Source: Candidatus Saccharibacteria bacterium QS_5_54_17
GTDB taxonomy: Bacteria > Patescibacteriota > Saccharimonadia > QS-5-54-17
Reading direction: 5' to 3'
NCBI GenBank assembly: GCA_003022365.1
Contig: PXOU01000019.1
Coordinates: forward strand, 4,157 to 68,156
DNA: 64,000 bases
Shown piece after piece: positions 42,328 to 51,624 of the stretch (position 1 is the stretch's first letter; each line of letters begins with the position of its first letter). A program made the translations under genes and the position numbers. The notes under the pieces are model-generated. The model made no database searches, was not told the origin of the DNA, and saw only the letters and a program-made list of their open reading frames with translations.

Positions 42328-42876
42328 ATGCAGAACGAAGTCAGGGACAAGATGCAATCCACTATCAACCATCTGCATGAACAGCTCAAAACGGTCCGGA
42401 CTGGGCGGGCAAACGCGGCTATGGTGGAAAATATTACCGTGGTGTACTATGACCAGCACATGCCCATCAAAGCCCTGGCCAATATCACCACTCCGGACGC
42501 GACGACCATTACCATCGCTCCGTGGGATCCCAATTCGGTTGAACCGATCGAGAAAGCCTTGCGAGACAACCCGGATGTGGACTTGACCCCTGTCAGTGAC
42601 GGCAAAACCATTCACATCAACGTCCCCACCCCCACCGAGGACCGCCGGGAACAGTTAGTAAAACAAGTCAGTAGTCTGGCCGAGGACGCTCATGTCGCCC
42701 TGCGGAATGTCCGCCATGAGGCGCTCAAAAAATACCAGAACCAGCTGAAAGAGAAGCAGATCAGCCAGGATGAATTCGACCGGGCCAAGAAGCAACTGGA
42801 TGAGCTGGTCCAGGAGTTCGGCAGTTCGGTCGACCGGGCCAGCGAAGATAAAAAACAGGAAGTCCAGACGGTATAG
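42328..42876 (+). CDS. frr: Ribosome recycling factor
   Basis: RTGRAN, PTEDRR, ALRNVR. Confidence 0.97.
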   Translation: MQNEVRDKMQSTINHLHEQLKTVRTGRANAAMVENITVVYYDQHMPIKALANITTPDATTITIAPWDPNSVEPIEKALRDNPDVDLTPVSDGKTIHINVPTPTEDRREQLVKQVSSLAEDAHVALRNVRHEALKKYQNQLKEKQISQDEFDRAKKQLDELVQEFGSSVDRASEDKKQEVQTV

Positions 42877-42878
42877 AC

Positions 42879-43562
42879 ATGGACGTACCCGCGCACATCG
42901 GCATTATCCTGGACGGCAACCGGCGGTGGGCCAAACAACACGGACTTTCGGCGCTGGAAGGACACCAGGCCGGGGTTGACGCCCTCAAGCGGGCGGCCGA
43001 ACGGGCGCTTGATTGGGGTGTTAAAGAGCTGAGCGTCTTCGCTTTCTCCAGCCAAAACTGGAAACGGAGCCAGGAGGAAGTAGATGGACTTATGGATGTG
43101 TTCCGATGGTTGTTTAACAGCCAGATCGAGGAATTGCATGAGAATAATATCCGGGTGCGGGTGGTCGGCTCCCGGACCGGAATACCCCAGGATTTACACC
43201 AAAGCATCGAGGCGGGCGAGGAGCAGACCAAGGATAACACCCGGGGGACAGTTAACCTGCTGCTCAACTACGGCGGCCGGAGTGACATTACCCAGGCGGT
43301 TTCCCGGATTGTTGCCCGCGGCATTGACCCCGAGGAGGTGACCGAAGACAGGATTTCCGGGGAGTTATCAACGGCTGGTATGCGGGACGTGGATCTGCTC
43401 ATCCGCACCAGTGAATACCGGCTGAGTGGTTTTTTGCCGTGGGAATCGGTCTATGCCGAAATTTGTTTCCAACCTGATATTCTGTGGCCGGATTACGATG
43501 GCGACGCGCTGGATGCGGCCATCAGCTTCTATCAAAACCGCCAGCGGCGTTTCGGAGCCTAA
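42879..43562 (+). CDS. uppS: Undecaprenyl diphosphate synthase
   Basis: HIGIILDGNRRWA, FSSQNWKR, RRFG. Confidence 0.97.
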   Translation: MDVPAHIGIILDGNRRWAKQHGLSALEGHQAGVDALKRAAERALDWGVKELSVFAFSSQNWKRSQEEVDGLMDVFRWLFNSQIEELHENNIRVRVVGSRTGIPQDLHQSIEAGEEQTKDNTRGTVNLLLNYGGRSDITQAVSRIVARGIDPEEVTEDRISGELSTAGMRDVDLLIRTSEYRLSGFLPWESVYAEICFQPDILWPDYDGDALDAAISFYQNRQRRFGA

Positions 43563-43565
43563 ATC

Positions 43566-44657
43566 ATGGACTTTATCACAGATTACGGCCCGTTTATCAT
43601 CGGCATTTTCTTATTCGCCCTGCTAGTGCTATTGCATGAGTTCGGCCACTTCATCGTCGCCCGGCGGAACGGCGTGGAAGTGGAGGAATTCGGGTTCGGA
43701 TTTCCACCCCGGATTTTCAGCAAGCAAGTCGGCAACACGGTATACAGCTTCAATCTACTCCCCCTGGGCGGCTTCGTAAAGCAAAAAGGCGAGACTGACG
43801 GCGACTCGCGGCCCGGGACATTCGGCTCAAAAGGGCTCTGGGTGAAAACCAAGATTCTATTGGCGGGAGTCGGCATGAACGTGCTGGCCGCCATGGCCAT
43901 TATTTTTGTGCTGGCGCTGATCCAATTACCGACCTTAACCCAGGCCCAATACCGGGTTCCCGCCGATCAGACGATCGTCGCCCAGGATGTACTCCTCCAG
44001 CGGGTCGAGGACGGTTCGCCGGCGGCTGACGCAGGTCTACGTAGCGGCGATGTCATCACCAAACTGAACGGGAAAGAGGTAACTTCAGCCCGGCAGCTCA
44101 GCACCCGCACCCAAGCAATTGCCGGGGAAGAGGCGACCGTTACCTTCGGGCGTGATGGGGCACGGGAGACTACATCCGTCCAGTTGCGGCAGGGAGCTGA
44201 TGTTGCCGAGTTGGGCGTGGCACCGATTGATAGGGAAATCAGCCGTTATACGTGGGCGGCGCCACTGGTGGCGGTCGGCACGGTCGTCCATATGGCGGCG
44301 GGTATGTTGAGCGGTCTATGGGAAGTTATTTATGAATTGGTAACCGGTGCCGGGCAGGAAGCTGCCCGCAACGTGGCCGGACCCGTCGGCATCGTCGTGC
44401 TTTTGGAAAACATAAGTAGTTTTGGATTCTCCTATCTTTTCTTCTTTATTGCCCTGATTTCAACTGCGTTGGCGGTATTCAACACCTTGCCCATCCCGGC
44501 GCTTGATGGGGGCAGACTGGCTGTTATCGCCGCTGCCCGGGCTTCAAGGAAACAGTTGACTGAGAAAGTGGAGAACAGTATTCACGGGGTTGGCTTCGTG
44601 GCATTATTGGCATTAATTGCCTTGGTTACCTATGTCGATATCCAGCGCTTTTTCTAG
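43566..44657 (+). CDS. rseP: RseP/M50 intramembrane metalloprotease with PDZ domain
   Basis: HEFGH, NTLPIPALDGG. Confidence 0.95.
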   Translation: MDFITDYGPFIIGIFLFALLVLLHEFGHFIVARRNGVEVEEFGFGFPPRIFSKQVGNTVYSFNLLPLGGFVKQKGETDGDSRPGTFGSKGLWVKTKILLAGVGMNVLAAMAIIFVLALIQLPTLTQAQYRVPADQTIVAQDVLLQRVEDGSPAADAGLRSGDVITKLNGKEVTSARQLSTRTQAIAGEEATVTFGRDGARETTSVQLRQGADVAELGVAPIDREISRYTWAAPLVAVGTVVHMAAGMLSGLWEVIYELVTGAGQEAARNVAGPVGIVVLLENISSFGFSYLFFFIALISTALAVFNTLPIPALDGGRLAVIAAARASRKQLTEKVENSIHGVGFVALLALIALVTYVDIQRFF

Positions 44658-45393
44658 GCATTCCCGGCGTTACCAGCGGCTGCAATCCGTCTCCTGGGGC
44701 CCGGTAGCGGCCATATCGTTGACCGTGGTGGTAGTTTTGATCGTGGATATCCTGGCCGCGGTTATGCAATTCGGCTTTTTTGGTATAGGCGGCGGCCAAG
44801 GGTCTCTCATGCCGTCGCCGGCTGCCCTGAAAGAAAACATAACGGCACTTTTCATTTTTTATGGGAGTTCACGCTTAGTGGGACTACTCATCATATACGG
44901 ATTCGTTGTCTACCGTGGCAACGGTTTGCGCCAACTGGGGTTTCGAGCTTTCCGGATGCTTCGAGCCCTGGGGGTGATGGTCGGTTCGATCCTGGGATTC
45001 ATGGCGGCGACCGTGGTGGCCATAACACTGCTGCAGCAGCTTGCGCCCGGTGTGGATATTAACGCCGAACAGAGCATCCCGTTTCTGGAGGCCCACGGTA
45101 GCGGTGAGGAGATTTTGGCATTTTTGGCACTGGTCGTCATCGCCCCGTTGGCTGAAGAAACGGTTTTCCGGGGCTTTTTATTGCCCGGTCTGGGCAAGTT
45201 AACCGGTATGTGGCCGGCGGCGGTGCTGATTAGTATCGGGTTCGGGTTGCTGCATCCGCCCATTGCGTCCATGGTGGTGATCGGGGTTTTTTCGCTGTTT
45301 TTGTGTCTGGCCTATATGGAAACAGACAGTTTGTGGCCGCCCATTACGCTGCATGCGGCCAAGAATTTGATTGCGTTCCTGGCGCTGATATGA
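44632..45393 (+). CDS. CPBP/Abi-family intramembrane protease
   Basis: APLAEETVFRG, FGLLH, LHAAKN; start uncertain. Confidence 0.9.
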   Translation: MSISSAFSRHSRRYQRLQSVSWGPVAAISLTVVVVLIVDILAAVMQFGFFGIGGGQGSLMPSPAALKENITALFIFYGSSRLVGLLIIYGFVVYRGNGLRQLGFRAFRMLRALGVMVGSILGFMAATVVAITLLQQLAPGVDINAEQSIPFLEAHGSGEEILAFLALVVIAPLAEETVFRGFLLPGLGKLTGMWPAAVLISIGFGLLHPPIASMVVIGVFSLFLCLAYMETDSLWPPITLHAAKNLIAFLALI

Positions 45394-45400
45394 TGAGTAT

Positions 45401-46639
45401 ATGAAATTCAGCCAAACGTTCGTCAGAACCGGGAAGGAACCGCCCGCCCACGAAGTCGCCAAAAATGCCCGACTGCTGGCCCAAGCCGGGTACATACACA
45501 AAGAGATGGCGGGAGCCTATGCCTTTCTGCCGCTGGGATTTATGGTGTTAGACAACATCGTCAACATCATCCGGGAAGAGATGAACCGACTGGGCGGCGA
45601 GGAGATGCAGTTGACGGCATTGCAACGGCCGGACGTCTGGGAAGCGACGGGCCGGTGGCCGGATAACGAGCTGGAGGTATGGTTCAAATCCCAGTTGCTG
45701 GCGGGCGGTGAAGTCGGCCTCGCGGCGACGCACGAGGAACCGTTGACCGCGCTGATGCGTGAATACATCCACTCCTATCGGGATCTGCCGGCCTACCCGT
45801 ACCAATTCCAAACCAAATTCCGCAACGAACTCCGAGCCAAGTCGGGTATTATGCGCGGCCGGGAGTTCCTGATGAAGGACCTGTATTCCTTTTCCGCTTC
45901 TTGGCAGCAACACGGGGAATTTTATGAAAAGGCCAAGCAGGCCTATACCTACGTATTCGACCGGCTCGGCATCGGGGATGATACGTTCTATACTTACGCT
46001 GATGGGGGGAGTTTCTCCCAGTTTTCCCATGAATATCAGACCCTGACCGAGGCCGGTGAGGACACCATCTACCTCAGTCGGGAGGGCGGCTTCGCCATCA
46101 ACGAGGAAGTCTACACCGATGACGTACTGGGCGAACTGGGTGTCACTCGTGATGACATGGAGGAAGTCACGGCTGCCGAAGTTGCCAATATATTCCCGCT
46201 GGGCACCAAGTTTTCCGATAGCCTCGATTTGACCTTTACCGATCAGGATGGAGCGGAACAACCGGTTATCATGGGAAGTTACGGCATCGGTCCCGGACGT
46301 GTCATGGGCGTATTGGTGGAGAAGTTCAGTGATGAGAAGGGCATTGTCTGGCCCCAAGCGGTGGCGCCGGCCCAAGTGCATCTGGCTGCACTTAAGGGCG
46401 GGGAAGCACAAGCGGATTCCGTCTACGCCCAGCTGCAGGAAAACGGCATTCGCGTATTGTACGACGACCGCGACGAGTCGCCGGGCAGCAAATTGGCCGA
46501 CGCTGACTTAATGGGGCTGCCGACTCGCCTGGTCTGCAGCCAAAAGACGGCCCAATCGGAGCAGGTAGAAGTGACCCATCGGGCCAGCGGCCAGACAGAG
46601 ATGCTCCCGGTGGCACAAGTCACCAAAAAGTTCGGGTAG
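45401..46639 (+). CDS. proS: Prolyl-tRNA synthetase (no INS editing domain)
   Basis: ATHEE, KFRNELRAKSGIMRGREFLMKD, MGSYGIG. Confidence 0.98.
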   Translation: MKFSQTFVRTGKEPPAHEVAKNARLLAQAGYIHKEMAGAYAFLPLGFMVLDNIVNIIREEMNRLGGEEMQLTALQRPDVWEATGRWPDNELEVWFKSQLLAGGEVGLAATHEEPLTALMREYIHSYRDLPAYPYQFQTKFRNELRAKSGIMRGREFLMKDLYSFSASWQQHGEFYEKAKQAYTYVFDRLGIGDDTFYTYADGGSFSQFSHEYQTLTEAGEDTIYLSREGGFAINEEVYTDDVLGELGVTRDDMEEVTAAEVANIFPLGTKFSDSLDLTFTDQDGAEQPVIMGSYGIGPGRVMGVLVEKFSDEKGIVWPQAVAPAQVHLAALKGGEAQADSVYAQLQENGIRVLYDDRDESPGSKLADADLMGLPTRLVCSQKTAQSEQVEVTHRASGQTEMLPVAQVTKKFG

Positions 46640-46860
46640 CCGGGGCGGCATCCATGTTTGCCGCCAGTTGGCGGCCGGCTTAGGGTGTCCGTCATCTTTT
46701 ATTCATATTTCACGATCGTGAACTGAATATATAACCTATCCCCGTGCCAACCGTTGCTTTCAGGGGTAGCTGCCAAGTGGTGCCCGGACAAGATGCAGCA
46801 GGATGAAAGGGGAGATGTAAGGGATACACGCGGGGCGAAGGCACGGCTACAACCCGATGT

Positions 46861-46889
46861 TTGGAAAAAACCGGTTTTAATTGTATAAT
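46861..46889 (+). promoter_or_regulatory. sigma70-type promoter
   Basis: TTGGAA-17 nt-(TG)TATAAT. Confidence 0.55.
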
Positions 46890-46955
46890 ATAGTTTGTCT
46901 GTGGGGCAACCATGGACAGGCAGGCATGCACCCTTCGAAAGGTAGGTGGTACGTA

Positions 46956-47168
46956 ATGTACCTTACGCTGCTCCTTTGGCAGCTAACGCACTGCCATTTT
47001 GACATAGTCGGGCACAATTGCCGCCGTTGCGGCGGCAATGGAAAATGTTCTACCTGCAAGGGGCAGGGGGACAAAAAAGGAGTCGCCGGTCTTGCTTCGT
47101 TCCCTTGCAGCTCATGCAAGGGGTCCGGCGACTGCCGGGCCTGTAAAGGGTCAGGCAAACCTTCTTAA
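46956..47168 (+). CDS. Small DnaJ-type zinc-finger protein (4x CxxCxGxG)
   Basis: CRRCGGNG, CSTCKGQG, CSSCKGSG, CRACKGSG; start uncertain. Confidence 0.7.
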   Translation: MYLTLLLWQLTHCHFDIVGHNCRRCGGNGKCSTCKGQGDKKGVAGLASFPCSSCKGSGDCRACKGSGKPS

Positions 47169-47498
47169 GGCTTGTCTGACCCTATACCCCCCGCGTGTGC
47201 GTGGAGAAAAATTTGAGTAGGTATTATAGAGGAGTATTCCCGTCACCGATAAGGACTTTCTTTATCGGTTACGAGCAGGGAAACCCTGGCTCCGGGAATA
47301 TCCAATACCATTAATACGTACTTCTATACAACTTTTTTTCCAATCGCACACGCGGGGCCTTCACTTTGTGAGTCAACACCTCAACGATTTATTACATATA
47401 GGGGGTATCTGCCGCCTGATGAGGGAGCATGGGGAAGGCGCCTCCCAAAACCCCGGGGATTATAGTTAAAATGCCGCCAACGTAGTATCCTGTGGGGA

Positions 47499-49196
47499 AT
47501 GGCGCAAACAGACACCGATACCCAATCGGCCCAGCAGTTGCTGTTCGATAAACGGCTGCATTACGCCAGGGTTACCCGGAATATCCGGTGGGCGACGATT
47601 GCCTTGGTCATCGTCAGCATGCCCCCGGAAAAACTGCTGGCGCCGCCGATCATAACCTTGGTCGGGGCGGGTATCGTCTACAACATACTCTGGTATTGGC
47701 CCCGTGTCATGCTGCAGCCGCGGTTCGGGTCCCTGTTGGGTATGAACATCATCGACAACGGGTTCGTGCTGGTATTGGTGCTTTTGACCGGCGGATTGGC
47801 CAGCCCCTATTATATTCTATTCACCTTCATGGTCATTACCGCCACCTTCTGGTTCGGCTACCGGAGCTTGGTCGTACTGGGCGTCTTTCACGCGGTGGTG
47901 CTGTTGTCGCTGCTCCAACTGTATGAAACCGCCTCGGTGGAACAACTCCGCAGCAGCCTGGTATTGCTGTTCGCGATCGCAACCAACGGGGTGTTAGCGG
48001 AGCGGATAACGCATGGAGATCGGCGGGAACGGACCGTGGCCGTCCGGGCCAACCAGGAAAAAGAAGTCGAAAAACAGCGGCTCTTGAGTGTCATCAACAG
48101 CATTAATTTCAGTGTGATCGCGGTGCGGGATGACGGTTCCATCCTGATGCACAACGGCGCGGCGCTTGAGCTGCTGGACACCAATACCAGCCTGCGGGAT
48201 GCCCCGATCGATGATTGTCTAAATTTGCAAAACAGCCAGGGGGAATCTGTTGGGTTAAGCCAATTTCTGGAAAAAGGCAGCGGGCTCAAGCACTATCACG
48301 ATTTCGGCTTTACGGCCGATGACGGCAGTCATGTCGACTTGGATATTACCATCTCCCCTATAACCACCACCGGCGGACAACACTCCATCCCGGAGGGATA
48401 CATCATCATCATACGCGATATCACCAAAGAAAAGTCGCTGGATGAAGCTCGGGATGAATTCGTCTCGGTTACCGCCCATGAGCTCAAAAATCCGCTGGCG
48501 ACCGCTGAGGCCAGCTTGTCCACGGCGCTTATGCCGGACCTGGTGCCCGATAAGAAGCAAACCCGGGATCTGCTGGATAAAGCCCACCAGAACGTCAAAC
48601 TCCTAGGCACCTTAGTGCGGGATCTGTCCATGTTGACCGAGGAGGAGAGCGCCATCAACAAAGGCGATTTGACCGATATCGCGCCCGCCGAAATCATCTA
48701 CCAGCTGCAGCGTGACTACCGCCAAACAGCCGAGCAAGCTGATCTGGGGCTGGAGACGGAAATTTCCCAGGATCTGGGATCCGTGACCACCAGCGACGAT
48801 CACATCCAGGAAATCATGCACCATTTCATCGGCAATGCCATCAAATACACCCAAGAAGGTTCGATCACCATCGGCGCCCGGCCCGATGAGACGACCGGCG
48901 CGCCCATCTTCTACGTCCGTGACACGGGCCAAGGAGTCTCCTCGACTGACAAAAAACGCATTTTCGAAAAGTTTTACCGGTCCGAGGAGTATCAAACCCG
49001 GGAAACGGGCGGAACCGGGCTGGGGTTGTACGTGGCCTATACGCTGGCCCAACGGATCAAAGCCGACATCTGGTTCGATAGCCAGTTGGAGGTGGGTTCG
49101 ACATTTTATCTCCGTACCCCCTCCATCACCATCGGCGAGGATGGGAACGTACGGGCAGTCAACGAACAAGTCGATGACTTCATTAGTTCGCTGTAG
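47499..49196 (+). CDS. Membrane sensor histidine kinase with PAS domain
   Basis: TM region, HELKNPL, NAIKYT, DTGQG, GTGLGL. Confidence 0.95.
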   Translation: MAQTDTDTQSAQQLLFDKRLHYARVTRNIRWATIALVIVSMPPEKLLAPPIITLVGAGIVYNILWYWPRVMLQPRFGSLLGMNIIDNGFVLVLVLLTGGLASPYYILFTFMVITATFWFGYRSLVVLGVFHAVVLLSLLQLYETASVEQLRSSLVLLFAIATNGVLAERITHGDRRERTVAVRANQEKEVEKQRLLSVINSINFSVIAVRDDGSILMHNGAALELLDTNTSLRDAPIDDCLNLQNSQGESVGLSQFLEKGSGLKHYHDFGFTADDGSHVDLDITISPITTTGGQHSIPEGYIIIIRDITKEKSLDEARDEFVSVTAHELKNPLATAEASLSTALMPDLVPDKKQTRDLLDKAHQNVKLLGTLVRDLSMLTEEESAINKGDLTDIAPAEIIYQLQRDYRQTAEQADLGLETEISQDLGSVTTSDDHIQEIMHHFIGNAIKYTQEGSITIGARPDETTGAPIFYVRDTGQGVSSTDKKRIFEKFYRSEEYQTRETGGTGLGLYVAYTLAQRIKADIWFDSQLEVGSTFYLRTPSITIGEDGNVRAVNEQVDDFISSL

Positions 49197-49349
49197 CCGG
49201 CTGCTGCCTCCGGCGGCCGGGCGGGTGTCGTCTGGGTTTTGCTACATCTCATTTGGCACGCGCATTCCATCTGCCCCTCGGAAATCATCCCCGTGACCTC
49301 GATATCCGGGCAATCACTGTAACCCTCCCGTAGCTGTTACACTAGGAGT

Positions 49350-50387
49350 ATGCCAAAGCTTCGGCGCCTGTGGGCGCATGATATCGGTATCGATCTGGGC
49401 ACGGCCAATACATTGGTGTATGCCCGCGGCACGGGCATCGTGGTCGATGAACCGAGCGTGGTGGCCATTAATCAACAAAATCGGGACATCATCGCCATCG
49501 GCACTCGGGCCAAGGAGATGATCGGCAAAACGCCCGAGGAAATATTGGCCGCCCGGCCATTGGTGGACGGGGTGGTCAGCGACTTCGAAGTCACCGAGCA
49601 AATGCTGCAATATTTCATTGGCCGGATACACCGGCAGCATACGGTTATCTGGCAACGGCCGCGGGTGGTTATCGGCATCCCTTCCGATGTCACCGAAGTA
49701 GAGAAGCGGGCGGTGGAAAACGCCTGCGCCACGGCCGGCGCCCGGGAGACCTATCTGGTGGAAGAACCCATGGCGGCCGCGGTCGGCTGCCGGCTGCCGG
49801 TTACCAGCTCCACCGGGAGCATGTTGGTTGACATCGGCGGCGGCACGACTGAAGTGGCGGTGGTGAGCTTAGGCGGCGTCGTCGTCTCACGGAGTCTCCG
49901 GACGGCCGGCGATGAATTGATCGAAAGCGTTATGGGGCACATGCGGGATGAATTTACCCTGAGCATCGGTGAAGCGACGGCGGAAAAGATCAAGAACACG
50001 GTGGGAACCGCTATGCCCATGTCCCAGCCCAAAACCATGCCGGTACGCGGCCGCGACATCATGACCGGCATGCCTAAAGAGGCTTCCGTTTCCTCCGACC
50101 AAATTCGTATGGCCTTACATAAAACCGTCCGAACCCTGGTAGAATCCATCAAACTGACATTAGAGGAGACGCCGCCGGAATTGATCAATGACATCATGGA
50201 ACAGGGCATTGTGCTCACCGGCGGCGGCTCGATCCTCCGGAATCTGGATTCCCTGATCGCCCAGGAAACCAAAATGCCGGTCACGGTAGCCGAAGATCCG
50301 TTGTATAGCGTGGTCACCGGTACCGGTTTGATTCTGGAAGATCTCTCCGCCTACAAATCGGTGCTGGTTTCCATGGAGGGAATGTGA
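49350..50387 (+). CDS. mreB: Rod shape-determining protein MreB
   Basis: GIDLGTANT, EEPMAAA, DIGGGTTE. Confidence 0.98.
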   Translation: MPKLRRLWAHDIGIDLGTANTLVYARGTGIVVDEPSVVAINQQNRDIIAIGTRAKEMIGKTPEEILAARPLVDGVVSDFEVTEQMLQYFIGRIHRQHTVIWQRPRVVIGIPSDVTEVEKRAVENACATAGARETYLVEEPMAAAVGCRLPVTSSTGSMLVDIGGGTTEVAVVSLGGVVVSRSLRTAGDELIESVMGHMRDEFTLSIGEATAEKIKNTVGTAMPMSQPKTMPVRGRDIMTGMPKEASVSSDQIRMALHKTVRTLVESIKLTLEETPPELINDIMEQGIVLTGGGSILRNLDSLIAQETKMPVTVAEDPLYSVVTGTGLILEDLSAYKSVLVSMEGM

Positions 50388-51157
50388 CCACGCGGCGAAC
50401 GGTATGGGGCTCAATGGCAGCCATCGTCGCGATATTAGTGGCTGTCCACCTGCTGGGGCTGCCTCTCCGGGGCGCCTTCCAACGGGTTGTCTCGCCGCTG
50501 GGCATTTCGGCCAATCAGTTGGCCCAATCGATCGAAGCGCGGATGTATCACGGCAGTTATCCGGACACCAAATCCCCAGATACCCAGGCTGAGTTGAACC
50601 GATTGCGCAGCCGCCAATTGGAACTGGAGCAGCTGCGGGCGGAAAATCGCCAACTCAAACAAGAGATCACCTTCGCCCGCGGCGAAACCCGTCAGACCGT
50701 AACCACCCAAGTTATCAATTACAATCCGGATCAAACCCGGGACGTCATACGCATCAATGCCGGGAGCGAGCAGGGTGTCGCTGCCCAGATGCCGGTCGTC
50801 GCCCAGTCAGCGCTGGTGGGGAGAGTCGTCCGCGTGACAGCTACGACCGCCCAAGTCGAATTGGTTACCGATGTCGCCTTCCGGGCGCTGGGGAAAGTCG
50901 AGTCGGGGCCGGAAGGTATCATCAAGGGAGGTATCGGCGGCGGATTAACATTGCAACAATTACCCCAAGATCCAGGTATAGAGGCCGGCGACCTGGTTGT
51001 CACCAGCGGGCTGGATGGGGTGTACCCGCGGGGTATTCTGGTGGGAAGCGTTCGCTCAGTGCTCAACACTCCCGGTGAAGTGTTGAGCACAGCCCAGATT
51101 ACCCCTGCCGTTGCCTACCGGGATTTGCGGATGGTAACCGTGATCCAAACACCATGA
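50384..51157 (+). CDS. mreC: Rod shape-determining protein MreC
   Basis: Coiled coil, GDLVVTSGLDGVYPRG; position. Confidence 0.93.
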   Translation: MTTRRTVWGSMAAIVAILVAVHLLGLPLRGAFQRVVSPLGISANQLAQSIEARMYHGSYPDTKSPDTQAELNRLRSRQLELEQLRAENRQLKQEITFARGETRQTVTTQVINYNPDQTRDVIRINAGSEQGVAAQMPVVAQSALVGRVVRVTATTAQVELVTDVAFRALGKVESGPEGIIKGGIGGGLTLQQLPQDPGIEAGDLVVTSGLDGVYPRGILVGSVRSVLNTPGEVLSTAQITPAVAYRDLRMVTVIQTP

Positions 51158-51624
51158 AGCGCCTGGCCGTCGCTGCCCCCGTGGCGACCATATGTATTCT
51201 GATTGAAGGACTGTTCTTAAGCGGGTTTGATGTGGCCGTTCCGTCTCTTTTGGCCGTGGCTATACTCCTGATAGTCCGTTACCCGTTCCGCCCGGCCTGG
51301 CTGTTGGCCATATGGTGCGGGTTGCTGTTGGATCTGATGAGCACCCAGGTCTTTGGTTCCTATATGGTGTTGGCGATGATTATGTTTGTGGTCGCCCGGT
51401 TTATCGCGGGGCGGGGGTTTGAAATGTCACGACTGATAAATATCGGTCTGGTCGTGGCGGCATTGATCGTCACGGAACTGATATGGCGCCTATTACTGCT
51501 CACGTCGTTCGCCGGCTTAAGTGTGGAAATGCTGCTTGTCGAGTATGCCGTGTCCCGAGCCGTACTCACCTGGGTGGTGGGATTTTTCCTGGTTCGACTG
51601 CTCCAGGTTACAATGGATGTATGA
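51154..51624 (+). CDS. mreD: Putative MreD
   Basis: Hydrophobic, GLLLDL motif, between mreC and pbp2. Confidence 0.75.
   Translation: MKRLAVAAPVATICILIEGLFLSGFDVAVPSLLAVAILLIVRYPFRPAWLLAIWCGLLLDLMSTQVFGSYMVLAMIMFVVARFIAGRGFEMSRLINIGLVVAALIVTELIWRLLLLTSFAGLSVEMLLVEYAVSRAVLTWVVGFFLVRLLQVTMDV

Noticed and set aside
47401-47454. Hammerhead-like core: CTGATGA, GGGAG/CTCCC stem, then AAAA-CCCC pairing with upstream GGGGT
   Set aside because: The essential G12 of GAAA is A and stem I cannot form from the 8 nt available; at best a decayed relic
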